Shown here: positions 26,630 through 36,278 of the stretch, piece by piece
Layout: every line of letters starts with the position of its first letter
Numbering within the stretch: the stretch's first letter is position 1
Origin: Candidatus Woesearchaeota archaeon
GTDB taxonomy: Archaea; Nanobdellota; Nanobdellia; Woesearchaeales; GCA-2687795
Length of the DNA: 40,706 bases
Direction: 5' to 3'
Assembly (NCBI GenBank): GCA_002687795.1
Contig: NZBG01000032.1
Span: 1 to 40,706, forward strand
The notes under the pieces: generated by a model
What the model saw: only the letters and a program-made list of their open reading frames with translations
The model's database searches: none
Told to the model about the DNA's origin: nothing
Translations under genes and position numbers: made by a program

Positions 26630-27220
26630 ATGATACTTTCTGAGGAACAATATAAGAAAATAGAAGAGTTTGCTTTGGATAAAGTAAGTAAACTGGATTA
26701 TAACCATGATCATACTCATGTTATAAGAACTATTAAGTTTGTTGAAATTCTAGCTAAGAAGGAAAATGCTGATGTTGAAGTATGTAGAGTAGCTGCTTTG
26801 TTGCATGATATTGGACAGTCTGTTGAACGTGAGAATCATGAAGAAAGAAGTACGAAGATGACAAGAGAATTTCTGAGTTCTATGAATTTACCCAATGATT
26901 TTGTTGAAAATGTTTGCCATGCAATAAGATGCCATCAGACTTCTTATGTTAAGAATGCTAAGACAATAGAAGCAAAAGTGGTTTATGATGCTGATAAGCT
27001 ACAAGTTGTGGGTGTTTTTGGTTTTTGTAGGGTTTTTACTCATTTTGCTGTTTTTCAGAATTTTAATTTGAAAGATGCGGTTGAAAAGGTGAAAAGTACA
27101 CAGGGAAAAAAGATCTTAAGTCTCCAAACGAAATCTGCAAAAGAAATGGTTAGTGAACCACACAAATTAATGAAAGAGTTCTATGAATTATATGATAAAT
27201 GGGATGAAGTCGATTTCTAG
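26630..27220 (+). CDS. HD-domain phosphohydrolase
   Basis: HD..H..R, ALLHDIG, HEERS, HH-like RCH, DADKL. Confidence 0.9.
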   Translation: MILSEEQYKKIEEFALDKVSKLDYNHDHTHVIRTIKFVEILAKKENADVEVCRVAALLHDIGQSVERENHEERSTKMTREFLSSMNLPNDFVENVCHAIRCHQTSYVKNAKTIEAKVVYDADKLQVVGVFGFCRVFTHFAVFQNFNLKDAVEKVKSTQGKKILSLQTKSAKEMVSEPHKLMKEFYELYDKWDEVDF

Positions 27221-27277
27221 ATATATTAGTTTTGAATCATATAAATATATTTAAACAATCGATTTCTACTTTATATA

Positions 27278-28132
27278 ATGCTTAACAAAGAGGATGTTCT
27301 AGAGATAGTGAAAAGGAAAGGGCCATTAATACCTGTGCAGGTTGGCTCTGAGCTTAAGATTAGCATTATAATGGCATCTGCGCTTTTGGCTGAGCTGGCT
27401 GATGATAACAAAGTAAACATTTCTAACCTTAAGGTTGGTGGCAGCCCTCTTTATTATGTTAAAGAGCATAGGCATAAGCTGCAGGATTACTCAAACAAGC
27501 TGCATGAAAAGGAAAAGAAAAGCTATGAGCTTTTGAAGGAGAAAAAGATTCTGAGGGATAGTTTATCAGAGCCACTTACAAGGGTAACGTTAAGGGAGAT
27601 AAAGGATTTTGCTGTGCCTTTGAATGTGAACTATAAAGGAGTTACTGAAACTTTCTGGAAATGGTATCTTCTTCCTAATGCTGAGGCTGAATCTTTGATA
27701 AGGAAAGAGCTTAATGTTGTTAAGAAGGAAGAGAAAAAGGAGGTTAAGGAGGAGATAAAGCAAGAACAGAAACCCCATCCTGTTATGAAAGAGAAACCGG
27801 TTAAGAAGACAGCCCAGAAGAGTGATGATTTCCTGAAAAAGGTTAATGAATTCTTTGAAAAGAATAAGATAAAGATCACCAACCAAAACATAATAAGAAA
27901 AAATAATGATATTGAGTTCCTGGTTGAGCTGCCAAGCTCTGTTGGAACCTTGGCTTATTACTGCAAAGCAAGGAACAAGAAAAGGATCAATGAAGGTGAT
28001 TTATCAACTGTATTTATCCAGGCGCAGTCAAAGAAGCTTCCTGCATTGTTCTTAACAACCGGCAATATTACTAAGAAGGCTGGGGAGATGTTAAGGAAAG
28101 AATTTCAGGGGATGCAGGTTAAGAATATATAG
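27278..28132 (+). CDS. Hypothetical protein: N-terminal winged-helix-like region, charged linker, C-terminal nuclease-fold-like domain
   Basis: 'GP.IP..V...L.......SA.L.EL', 'GGSPLYY', C-terminal 'YYCKARNKKRINEGDL' and 'LFLTTG'. Confidence 0.6.
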   Translation: MLNKEDVLEIVKRKGPLIPVQVGSELKISIIMASALLAELADDNKVNISNLKVGGSPLYYVKEHRHKLQDYSNKLHEKEKKSYELLKEKKILRDSLSEPLTRVTLREIKDFAVPLNVNYKGVTETFWKWYLLPNAEAESLIRKELNVVKKEEKKEVKEEIKQEQKPHPVMKEKPVKKTAQKSDDFLKKVNEFFEKNKIKITNQNIIRKNNDIEFLVELPSSVGTLAYYCKARNKKRINEGDLSTVFIQAQSKKLPALFLTTGNITKKAGEMLRKEFQGMQVKNI

Positions 28133-28178
28133 GTTTAAACCGAAACGATTAAGTATCAGCTGAATTCTTATTTTTAAA

Positions 28179-29213
28179 ATGGGAGTTGCAATAACAGACT
28201 TATTGATAAGGAAAGAGATAGAGGTTAAAGAACTGGAGAATAAGGTGTTAATTGTTGATGCTCCTATGTGGCTTTACCAGTTTCTTTCTTCTATAAGGCA
28301 AAGGGACGGCTCTTTGTTAACGGATTCTAAGGGAATGGTTACTTCACATCTTATTGGCCTGTTTTCAAGGATACCTAACCTTATGAAGAAGGGTATCAAG
28401 CTTGGGTTTGTTTTTGATGGCAAGAGGCCTGAGCTAAAGAAGAAAGAGGTTGAAAGAAGGAAAACCATAAAGTTAGAGGCTGAGAAAAGGTATAAAGAAG
28501 CCGTTAAGAAAAAGAATATTGAAGAGATGAAAAAATATGCATCAAGGACAAGCAGGCTAAACCCTGAGATGATCGAAGAGGCTAAGAAATTAATCAGAGC
28601 CTTTGGCCTTCCTGTTATACAAGCCCCCTCAGAGGGCGAGGCGCAGGCAGCTTATATTGTTAAGAAAGGAAAAGCATTTGCGGTTGCCTCAAACGATGCA
28701 GATTCTTTGCTGTTCGGCGCAACAAAACTGATTAGGAACCTTTCCATACTTGGCAAAAGGAAGAAGGTAAACAAGTTAACCTACAGCACAATAAAACCGG
28801 AGATAATAGAATTAGCCAAGAACATCAACCATCTTGGCATAGAGCAAAACCAGTTAATAGCATTGAGCATGCTTGTCGGCACTGATTATAACCCCGGCGG
28901 GATCAAAGGGATTGGCCCAAAGAATGCTTTAAAATTAGTGAAGCAGTTTAAGAATGATTTTGATGAGCTGTTTAAGCATGTTAAATGGGATGAGCACTTT
29001 GATTTCCCCTGGACAGATGTTTATTATTTTATTAAGAAAGTGCCTGTGACAGATGACTATGAGCTTGAATGGAAATCTCCTGATCCTGATAAGATAACTA
29101 AGATTTTGGTTGAAGGTCATGACTTTTCAGAGGAGAGGATTGAAAAGATAACTGGTGAAACAGCTAAAGAAAAGAAACAAAAAAGCCAGAAAGGATTGGG
29201 TGAATTCTTATGA
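28179..29213 (+). CDS. fen: Flap endonuclease 1
   Basis: MGV start, DA..WLYQFLSSIRQ.DG, FVFDGK, APSEGEAQAA, GTDYNPGG.KGIGPK, PIP box QKGLGEFL. Confidence 0.97.
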   Translation: MGVAITDLLIRKEIEVKELENKVLIVDAPMWLYQFLSSIRQRDGSLLTDSKGMVTSHLIGLFSRIPNLMKKGIKLGFVFDGKRPELKKKEVERRKTIKLEAEKRYKEAVKKKNIEEMKKYASRTSRLNPEMIEEAKKLIRAFGLPVIQAPSEGEAQAAYIVKKGKAFAVASNDADSLLFGATKLIRNLSILGKRKKVNKLTYSTIKPEIIELAKNINHLGIEQNQLIALSMLVGTDYNPGGIKGIGPKNALKLVKQFKNDFDELFKHVKWDEHFDFPWTDVYYFIKKVPVTDDYELEWKSPDPDKITKILVEGHDFSEERIEKITGETAKEKKQKSQKGLGEFL

Positions 29214-30082
29214 TGGAATGGTATATGTTTGCACTGGGCTCAGCGGTTACTTTTACACTGTTCCAGATTATTAGGAAAAAGGCTTTGTTAAAGGTTCATG
29301 CAATGAACTTTGAGTCTGCCAGAACAATATTTGTTGTTATGATCAGCCTGTTCCTTATACCTTTCCTGGACTTTTCTTTTGACAAGAGTTCCTTGTTTTG
29401 GGTGTATATTGTCTCTCTGTTGGCAACAACAGGTATATTGTATGCTGCAAAGGCATTCAGGCATGATGACATATCCTTAATATTTCCCCTTGGCAACCTG
29501 CGCCCTGCTTTCGTGGTGGTGTTAGCCTTTATTTTCCTGTCAGAATCCATCGGGGTAAGGCAGATAACAGGCATAGGAATATTACTGGTTTCAGCTTACC
29601 TGCTTGAGTCTGACCATCACCTCTCTAACTTTGTTGCTCCTATAAAGCATTTGATGAAATCAAAGGAAAGCCTTTATTTTATTTTTGCAACATTCCTTTT
29701 CAGCATCTGCTCTATCCTTGATAAGTTTATAATAGGAACAAAGATCACCAATATCTTTACTTATTTCTTTTTAGTATGGATATTTATAGCAATAAACTTC
29801 AATATAATCCATGCCTTTTTGTATGGAATAAAAGAGGTTGTTAAGTGTGTCAGGAAAACAACATACCTTCCCTTTGTTGTTGCCCTTTTATCTGTGGCCG
29901 GCAACCTCTTAGCGCTTAAAGCAATCTCCATGGCATATGTGTCATTAGTGGTGCCAATTATTATGTTATCCACTCTGCCGGTGGTTATATTCGGAGGAAG
30001 ATTTTTCCATGAGAAATTCCTTATGTTCAGGTTGGGGGTGTCAGCGTTGATGCTCATAGGAGCTTATCTTATTATTATCTAA
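29210..30082 (+). CDS. EamA/DMT-family transporter
   Basis: About 10 TMs in two repeats; 'LAFIFLSE.I...QITGI'. Confidence 0.85.
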   Translation: MMEWYMFALGSAVTFTLFQIIRKKALLKVHAMNFESARTIFVVMISLFLIPFLDFSFDKSSLFWVYIVSLLATTGILYAAKAFRHDDISLIFPLGNLRPAFVVVLAFIFLSESIGVRQITGIGILLVSAYLLESDHHLSNFVAPIKHLMKSKESLYFIFATFLFSICSILDKFIIGTKITNIFTYFFLVWIFIAINFNIIHAFLYGIKEVVKCVRKTTYLPFVVALLSVAGNLLALKAISMAYVSLVVPIIMLSTLPVVIFGGRFFHEKFLMFRLGVSALMLIGAYLIII

Positions 30083-30083
30083 A

Positions 30084-30908
30084 ATGACAAGATTAAAACA
30101 AGCATTAAAAGGAAAGCTAACAGCAAAGGAATTCTCTTACCTTAGAGCATCCTTTGATGTAATTGGAGATATTGCAATAATCGAAATCCCTGATGAATTA
30201 ATCAAGAAAGAAAAACTCATTGCGGAAACCCTTCTGAATATGTTGAAGAATGTTAAAGTTGTATGTAAGAAAGCTGGCATTCATAAAGGAGTTTTCAGGA
30301 CTCAAAAACTAAAGGTTTTGGCTGGAGAGAAAAGGAAAGAAACCATCCATAAAGAGAATGATACAAGAATAAAAATTAATGTTGAGAAGGTTTATTTCTC
30401 TTCAAGGCTGAGCACTGAAAGGAAAAGAATCTATCAGTTAATAAAACCAGGCGAGTCTGTGCTGGTTATGTTCTCCGGCTGCGCTCCTTACCCTTGCGTT
30501 ATCTCTAAGAATACAAAAGCAAAGGAAATCTATGCTATAGAAATAAATCCTGTTGCCCATAAATATGCTGAAGAGAATGTTAAGCTGAACAAGATTGATA
30601 ATGTTAAACTATTCCTTGGCGATGTAAAGGATATCATCCCCAAACTAAGAAAGAGGTTTGACAGGATCGTGATGCCTTTGCCTAAGTCTGCTGAGAATTT
30701 CCTTGATACTGCGTTGGCTTGCTCTAAGAAGGGGACTGTAGTTCATTTTTATGATTTCTTAAATGAAAAGGAGTTTGAGAAGGCGCATGATAAGATTGAT
30801 AAGGCCTGTAAGAGGAATAAGAGAAAGTATAAGATTCTTAGGACAGTTAAATGCGGCCAGTTTTCTCCGGGAGTGTTTAGGGTTTGCGTTGATTTTAAAG
30901 TAAGTTGA
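30084..30908 (+). CDS. Trm5/Met-10+ family tRNA G37 methyltransferase (short form)
   Basis: SFDVIGDIAI, VYFS.RL.TER, MFSG..PY, EINP.A, DRIVMPLP. Confidence 0.85.
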   Translation: MTRLKQALKGKLTAKEFSYLRASFDVIGDIAIIEIPDELIKKEKLIAETLLNMLKNVKVVCKKAGIHKGVFRTQKLKVLAGEKRKETIHKENDTRIKINVEKVYFSSRLSTERKRIYQLIKPGESVLVMFSGCAPYPCVISKNTKAKEIYAIEINPVAHKYAEENVKLNKIDNVKLFLGDVKDIIPKLRKRFDRIVMPLPKSAENFLDTALACSKKGTVVHFYDFLNEKEFEKAHDKIDKACKRNKRKYKILRTVKCGQFSPGVFRVCVDFKVS

Positions 30909-30914
30909 AAAAAA

Positions 30915-30991
30915 GACATGCGTTCCTAAGTTACTTCCGTTAATCATCGGCTTGCGCCTCATTGGGTGTTCACTAAGTCATCACACATGTC
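30915..30991 (-). ncRNA. Candidate double kink-turn, C/D-box-like small RNA (77 nt)
   Basis: 9-bp terminal stem, two GAU-bulge/tandem G.A motifs, GGC-GCAA-GCC tetraloop, TATA TTTAAAAA about 22 nt upstream, T7 tract downstream. Confidence 0.7.
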
Positions 30992-31028
30992 ATAGTCAGA
31001 AAGTAAGGAGGGTTTTTAAAGGTTTACT

Positions 31029-32684
31029 TTATTTCTTCACAGCTTCAAACAACTCGCTCAGATTAATCTCTAGCCCTACAACAGGCACTTCAATTCCAAA
31101 GTTCTCCAGAACCTTTGGATTTATCTCTCCAATGTATGCAACCTTTTTACCCTTAACAATAACCCTTCCAACCCTGCCATTTATGAAAGAGCTATGCTTT
31201 GTATCCTCAATTGTGTATGTAACCCCAAACGCTCTTGTTAAGCCATCCAACACCTTTTTTATCTCTGTGAAATCCGCCTCTGCATGCGCGCTTATAACAC
31301 CAAGCCTTTCATAATCAGTTACTTTATCCTCTTTTCTTACTGTCACAGTCCCCTGCTCAAAGATTTTCTGAGGGTATTCAACATGCTTATTCTTTGACAG
31401 GAAATCCATAAGAACAGGCAGGAGCCATGTCCTTACCACTGAATATGTCTTGGAAACATACTTGCTTATCTCAACTGTGCCAAAGTCCTCGCAGTTCATC
31501 TTTTTGTATAGAAGCTCCTTGTTGGAGAGCATAGGGCTCATTACCTCCTGACAGCCATAACCAACAATAAGCTCTCTTGCCTTATCAACGAATTCCACCA
31601 TTGGCAATGTTTCACCGATAGTATAGCTTTCCAGGGGAAGCTCTTCAATCTTGTTATAGTCATACATGATTCCTATATCTTCAATAACATCAAACTGGTG
31701 GAGAATATCTTTTCTGTAATGAGGAATCTGCACAACGCCTTTACTATAATCATACCTTGCTCTTTCTATAAGATTCTTTATCTCAGGATCCTTCAGATCA
31801 AGGCCGAGCAGTTCCTTGATTTTATCCTTATTTAGTTTTATTTTATCATTAAACAAGAATGGTGTTACTATTTTTTTGTCTGGGTACTTTATATCAACGC
31901 TGTATATCTTAAAGCTTCTCTCAAGCAATGCCTGGGAAAATATGTTTGTTGCCAGGAGTATTGCATCCTGGTCATCACCGGTTACCTCAAAGAAGAGCTC
32001 TTCATCTCCCACTTCAATTTTTCCTGAAAAGTTAGAGTTAATTATAGGCGGGAAGCTCAGCACCTCATCCTTGTCGTCAACAAGTATAGGATATTTGTCA
32101 AAGCCTTTCAATATCCTGGCATATTCTATGCCTTTAGGATGCTGCTCAAGTATTTGGTTAAGGTCCAGTTCCTTATTAAATTCCAGGGGAACAAACTTGA
32201 TGGATTCAGGGTTGACAGCCTTGTAATGGACAGGGAACTTTATCCTTTTATATGAATAAAGGCCAATTGAAACCTTCTTTCTTTTTCTGCCATAGTTCTC
32301 GCAGAGCTTTTCCTGCAGCTGTATCATCTGCATCAACAGCTTTTCATTAATCATCTGATCCTTTGCAACAAAGGCTGCGATATACGGTCTTATCTTCTTA
32401 ACTGATTTGTCAACGATGACCTTGTAATCTGCCTTGTTTAGCTTTAGGTTAGGTATACCCTTATCCAGATTAAGAACCCCTTTAAGCAACCTTGCAACTC
32501 CCTCAACACTCCAAAGATAAGGAAGGTTAGTGTCGCCAAAATCCGCCTTAACCTCATCAGACTCTTTATCATAACCATCAAACTCTGCCTTGCAATAGAA
32601 TAAAAGCTCTTTCAGCTCATCAATGCTTAATCTTTTTCCAATAAGCTCCTGTAAATCATTTAATGAAAAGGTTATTGTTGGCAT
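31029..32684 (-). CDS. pheT: Phenylalanyl-tRNA synthetase beta subunit (archaeal type)
   Basis: MPTI start, LWSVEG.AR, IRPYI, QEKL...YGRKR, LSFPPIINS, R.DILH..DVIED, GEINP.VL.NF. Confidence 0.95.
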   Translation of the reverse strand: MPTITFSLNDLQELIGKRLSIDELKELLFYCKAEFDGYDKESDEVKADFGDTNLPYLWSVEGVARLLKGVLNLDKGIPNLKLNKADYKVIVDKSVKKIRPYIAAFVAKDQMINEKLLMQMIQLQEKLCENYGRKRKKVSIGLYSYKRIKFPVHYKAVNPESIKFVPLEFNKELDLNQILEQHPKGIEYARILKGFDKYPILVDDKDEVLSFPPIINSNFSGKIEVGDEELFFEVTGDDQDAILLATNIFSQALLERSFKIYSVDIKYPDKKIVTPFLFNDKIKLNKDKIKELLGLDLKDPEIKNLIERARYDYSKGVVQIPHYRKDILHQFDVIEDIGIMYDYNKIEELPLESYTIGETLPMVEFVDKARELIVGYGCQEVMSPMLSNKELLYKKMNCEDFGTVEISKYVSKTYSVVRTWLLPVLMDFLSKNKHVEYPQKIFEQGTVTVRKEDKVTDYERLGVISAHAEADFTEIKKVLDGLTRAFGVTYTIEDTKHSSFINGRVGRVIVKGKKVAYIGEINPKVLENFGIEVPVVGLEINLSELFEAVKK

Positions 32685-32739
32685 TTTGTGATTATCAGCT
32701 ATTTAGAATATAAATTATTTATGTTTATAAAGGTTTAGT

Positions 32740-33837
32740 TTACCCTGTATCATACCTCAATATAGCAGCAACCTTGCCCATGTCCCTTAACTGGGCACCT
32801 TCCCTTGTTTCTGTTGAGATGATCTTGACTTCAGAGCCAACCTGCTTTGCCTCTTCCTCAAGCTTGTCTATCTCTTTATCATCTAAATCTTCTGATAGTA
32901 ACAGGGTTTCAACAGCACCGTTCTTAAGGCTCTTCGCTACCTCTTTCTCCCCGTAAGAGACCATGCCAGGCTTTTTGGATAAAAGTTCAAAGAACTTGGA
33001 CATTATATCCTTTTCAGCCATAACTTCTTCCTTGGCCAGCACATCTTTTGATTTATCTAACAATTCCTGCAATCCAAACTCTCCTGTATAAGATATATCT
33101 TTAATTGCAATAATCTTTTTCTTTAGCTCTGTTGTGATAAAGTCCCCATCAATAAGGTCATGCTTTGAAGGACCGGGACCGCCCATAATAATGCCCTTCA
33201 ACTCCTTTTTGCCAAGGAACTCATTCTTCATATGATCTGCTACTTTTTTGTAATGGTCTTTTATGGCGCCTTCCCTTATTCTTGCATACCTGGCAGCGCT
33301 TTGTCCTCCAGCTTTTATTTTCCCAGGCACCTGGGAATGCGATTTCAGGACAGGCACAATAGTCTTTCCTTTCAGATAAGCAATGTTAGCATCCCTCCTG
33401 TCAACTATAACCAAGGCATAAATCTCTTTAACCTCCATCATATCCCTTAAAAGATCAAGAACGAATTCTTTATCGCACCTGTATATTCTTGTTTTCAATG
33501 GCACTGGAGGCTCAATGCTCCATACCTTCAAGTCCTGCTGCCCTTCCTTTGATGCAATATTACCTGAGAAGGCTGCCAACCCATTCTCTGGTGTTCTCTT
33601 GAACAGCCTTAGATGCTGTATCATCCTCTCAAGGGCATCTACCACATTCTTTCTTGTGGAAGCTGATTTTATGTTTGAAGCTGTGCCCTGCTCCTGGGAA
33701 AGATGGTTGATTACCTTGTTAATATCATAACCTTTGGGGATATAAACACTAACCAGTTCTGTATGGCGGCCCCTATGTAATTCCAGTTCCTTAACGAACT
33801 TCTTCAGTTTATGCTTTTGTACTGTTGTTAGTGTCAT
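32740..33837 (-). CDS. prf1: Peptide chain release factor aRF1
   Basis: GRHTELVSVYIP, TASNIKS, YRCD, GGQS, AAILRY. Confidence 0.97.
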   Translation of the reverse strand: MTLTTVQKHKLKKFVKELELHRGRHTELVSVYIPKGYDINKVINHLSQEQGTASNIKSASTRKNVVDALERMIQHLRLFKRTPENGLAAFSGNIASKEGQQDLKVWSIEPPVPLKTRIYRCDKEFVLDLLRDMMEVKEIYALVIVDRRDANIAYLKGKTIVPVLKSHSQVPGKIKAGGQSAARYARIREGAIKDHYKKVADHMKNEFLGKKELKGIIMGGPGPSKHDLIDGDFITTELKKKIIAIKDISYTGEFGLQELLDKSKDVLAKEEVMAEKDIMSKFFELLSKKPGMVSYGEKEVAKSLKNGAVETLLLSEDLDDKEIDKLEEEAKQVGSEVKIISTETREGAQLRDMGKVAAILRYDTG

Positions 33838-33897
33838 ATTATTGCTATAAGAAGGGCTTATTTAATAAATTTACTTAGAATCACAAAAGAATAAATG

Positions 33898-34050
33898 CTA
33901 TCCGCTCCACTTGCCCCTGCTTACCCCAAGGATGCTTTTGCAGTGGGGACAGGAATACATGATTTCCTGCTTGATAAACCCTGCTCCTTTCTTTTCAAGC
34001 TCAATATCATCGAGAGTTACTTCACCTTTACAGAAGGGACATTTTGCCAT
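33898..34050 (-). CDS. Small zinc-finger protein (50 aa), missed by the ORF track
   Basis: MAKCPFC...CPHCKSILG; TATA TTTATATA upstream. Confidence 0.75.
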   Translation of the reverse strand: MAKCPFCKGEVTLDDIELEKKGAGFIKQEIMYSCPHCKSILGVSRGKWSG

Positions 34051-34084
34051 AAAACTGTATAAATCATGGATTGTATATAAAGCT

Positions 34085-34960
34085 TTATTTTTTGGTTACA
34101 AAATAATTAGATAATATAATTAAAACGCCCCCTAAGATTACATTTAAGCCAATGGATTGGGAGAATATGATTGCTGCTAAAACGGTTGCGCTTACTGGCT
34201 CTAATAATAACAGGATGCCTGCAACAGAAGCATGAATATGCTTAACGCCTTTGTAGAAGAGGGAATGAGGGATAACGCCTGAGATTAATGCAAAAAGAGC
34301 AAAGTATATCCAATAATGTGATGGGAATCCTAAAGATAATCTTACAATACTTTGGTCTTTGATAAAATAATTTAAAACGGGCCATAGCAATAATAACCAT
34401 GCTAATGAAAATGCTGCAAACCCAAATGTTGTTGTGATATAATGCTGCTTATTCAGCCCGCTTTTCCTGCCCCAGATTACCCAGAGAGAGATAAATATGC
34501 CTGCAATCAATGCTGAGATTATTCCTTCTAAAGGACCAGCAGATTTTATGTCCCATGGTTTAAGCAGACAAAGTAAACCAATGACTGCAATGGCAACAGA
34601 TAAGATTTTTCTTGATGTTATATGTTCTTTTAGCAATATCTTCCCAAAAAATACAGTCCAAATAGGCTGGCTGTATAATAAGAAAGATACAATTGCAACC
34701 GGAACACCCAGAACAATCCCTATATATTGAGTTAAAACTGCAATGGCTCCGATCAGCCCATAAATTATAAAGAAGAATAGCATTTTCTTCTTTATCATGT
34801 ATTTGGGCTTAATCAGAATAAAGAGGAAGATAATTAAGGCAATAAAAAATAACCTGACCACAGAAATTTCATAAGCAGATAAGCCTAAATCTGAGAAAAA
34901 CTGCCCCCCGGATGTTATGATTCCATATAATATTGCTGCAATTATTACAGATAGATTTAT
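34085..34960 (-). CDS. EamA/DMT-family transporter; frame extends 33 codons upstream of the GTG at 34861, to ATA at 34960
   Basis: 'LLYSQPIW.......LKE', 'LLLLEPV.A'; upstream frame encodes the missing first TM (INLSVIIAAILYGII). Confidence 0.75.
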   Translation of the reverse strand: MNLSVIIAAILYGIITSGGQFFSDLGLSAYEISVVRLFFIALIIFLFILIKPKYMIKKKMLFFFIIYGLIGAIAVLTQYIGIVLGVPVAIVSFLLYSQPIWTVFFGKILLKEHITSRKILSVAIAVIGLLCLLKPWDIKSAGPLEGIISALIAGIFISLWVIWGRKSGLNKQHYITTTFGFAAFSLAWLLLLWPVLNYFIKDQSIVRLSLGFPSHYWIYFALFALISGVIPHSLFYKGVKHIHASVAGILLLLEPVSATVLAAIIFSQSIGLNVILGGVLIILSNYFVTKK

Positions 34961-34979
34961 GTTTTAAATAAGAAAAAAA

Positions 34980-35052
34980 AGCGAAGGGGGAGACTCGAAC
35001 TCCCGAAAAGTCGCTCTGCAGGCGACCGCCGTAGCCGCTGGGCCACCTTCGC
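34980..35052 (-). tRNA. tRNA-Cys(GCA), intronless
   Basis: GCGAAGG/CCTTCGC acceptor, GTCGC-CTGCAGA-GCGAC, GGGAG-TTCGAGT-CTCCC, U73 discriminator, T-run downstream. Confidence 0.95.
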
Positions 35053-35196
35053 AAGTATATAGCTAGAATTCTCCGGATTTAATAAATGTTACTGTAAATC
35101 AGAAAGTTTAGATAATTTAATAAATGTAATCCTCTAAACTTAGTTAATGCGGGAAGGAACCTTTATATATAAATCAGCCCAATATATTATCATAAT

Positions 35197-35768
35197 ATGG
35201 CAGGCTCTAAACTTAAGGTGGATGAGACACTTAAAAAGAATCTAAAGTATTTAAAGGAATATGTAGCTTTAGCAACAGTAAAGGCTAAGGATTACCAGAA
35301 AACAAACATAGAGATTATCAGGCATTTAATAGATACTGATAATATCCCAGGTGTCTATGTTACATTAAACAAGCCCTTCAAAACTATGCAAAGGCTGCTT
35401 AAAGAGAAAAAGATTGATACAAGAATGATTATCTTTATTGACGCTGTTTCTAAAGGCGCTGATGGAAACATAAAAAAGACAAAAGACTGCCTGTTTATCG
35501 GCTCACCTGAAAACCTGAGCGATATCGCTGTTGCAATGGACCAGGCTGTGATGGCAATTCAATCAGAAAAAAATTCCTATTCTTTGATTCATTAAACACA
35601 TTATTATTGTATAATAAAGCAACAACAGTCGCTAAATTTATCCATTTCCTCGCAAGCAAGATGAGGACCTGGAAGGTAAAGGGTATAATAGTTTCACTGC
35701 ATAAAGATAAGGATAAGGAATTAATAGATGAATTGTCACAGTTCTGCGATGTCATAATGGATATATAA
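35197..35768 (+). CDS. KaiC/RecA-like (DUF835-like) single-domain protein interrupted by a -1 frameshift at A7 (35567-35573)
   Basis: 'GVYVTLNKP', 'IFIDAVS', 'SPENL.DI'; -1 frame continues FLFFDSLNTLLLYN...DELSQFCDVIMDI* (190 aa joined). Confidence 0.75.
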
Positions 35769-35801
35769 AATTTATTACAGTTTAAAAAAGAGGTGAAGAG
35801 G

Positions 35802-36278
35802 ATGAAAAACTTAGGTTATCTGGCTGCTTTAGTTGCTATTGCCCTTGGATTGATGGCAATATTCAAGATTGTTGTTAACCTTGAGATTGCTATTGGGTTT
35901 GTAACAATTTCTTTTGGTATTTTGGCGATTATATGGACATCAATGGCTCTCAAAAGCCTTTCACCAGGCTCTTCACTAAAGAAGCATACTGCTACATTTC
36001 TGGTCTGCTTGATATTTATTCTCATGTTCTCCATATGGCACACTATGGAGAAATTGTTTGAATGGAGAAAGAGTGTTGTTGAGGTAATGCTTTATCCTGG
36101 CTATTTCTTTATAACTGCCGCTTTCCTTATCTTTGTGTTTGCCGCCTACCAGATTCTCGTAATGGGCAAGGAGTTTGGCTTTAGCGCAGAAGCATCAAAA
36201 ATCAAAAATGTAATTAAAGAAAAGAAAAAGAACAACAAACATAAACCAGGCTTAAAAGCTAAACAATCCGCTAAGTAA
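35802..36278 (+). CDS. Multi-TM membrane protein, partner of the KaiC-like gene
   Basis: SD GAGGTGA before ATG 35802; four hydrophobic segments and a basic tail. Confidence 0.7.
   Translation: MKNLGYLAALVAIALGLMAIFKIVVNLEIAIGFVTISFGILAIIWTSMALKSLSPGSSLKKHTATFLVCLIFILMFSIWHTMEKLFEWRKSVVEVMLYPGYFFITAAFLIFVFAAYQILVMGKEFGFSAEASKIKNVIKEKKKNNKHKPGLKAKQSAK

Noticed and set aside
34869-35054. 61-aa ORF on the minus strand
   Set aside because: It is a translation of tRNA-Cys and overlaps the EamA 5' region in another frame.
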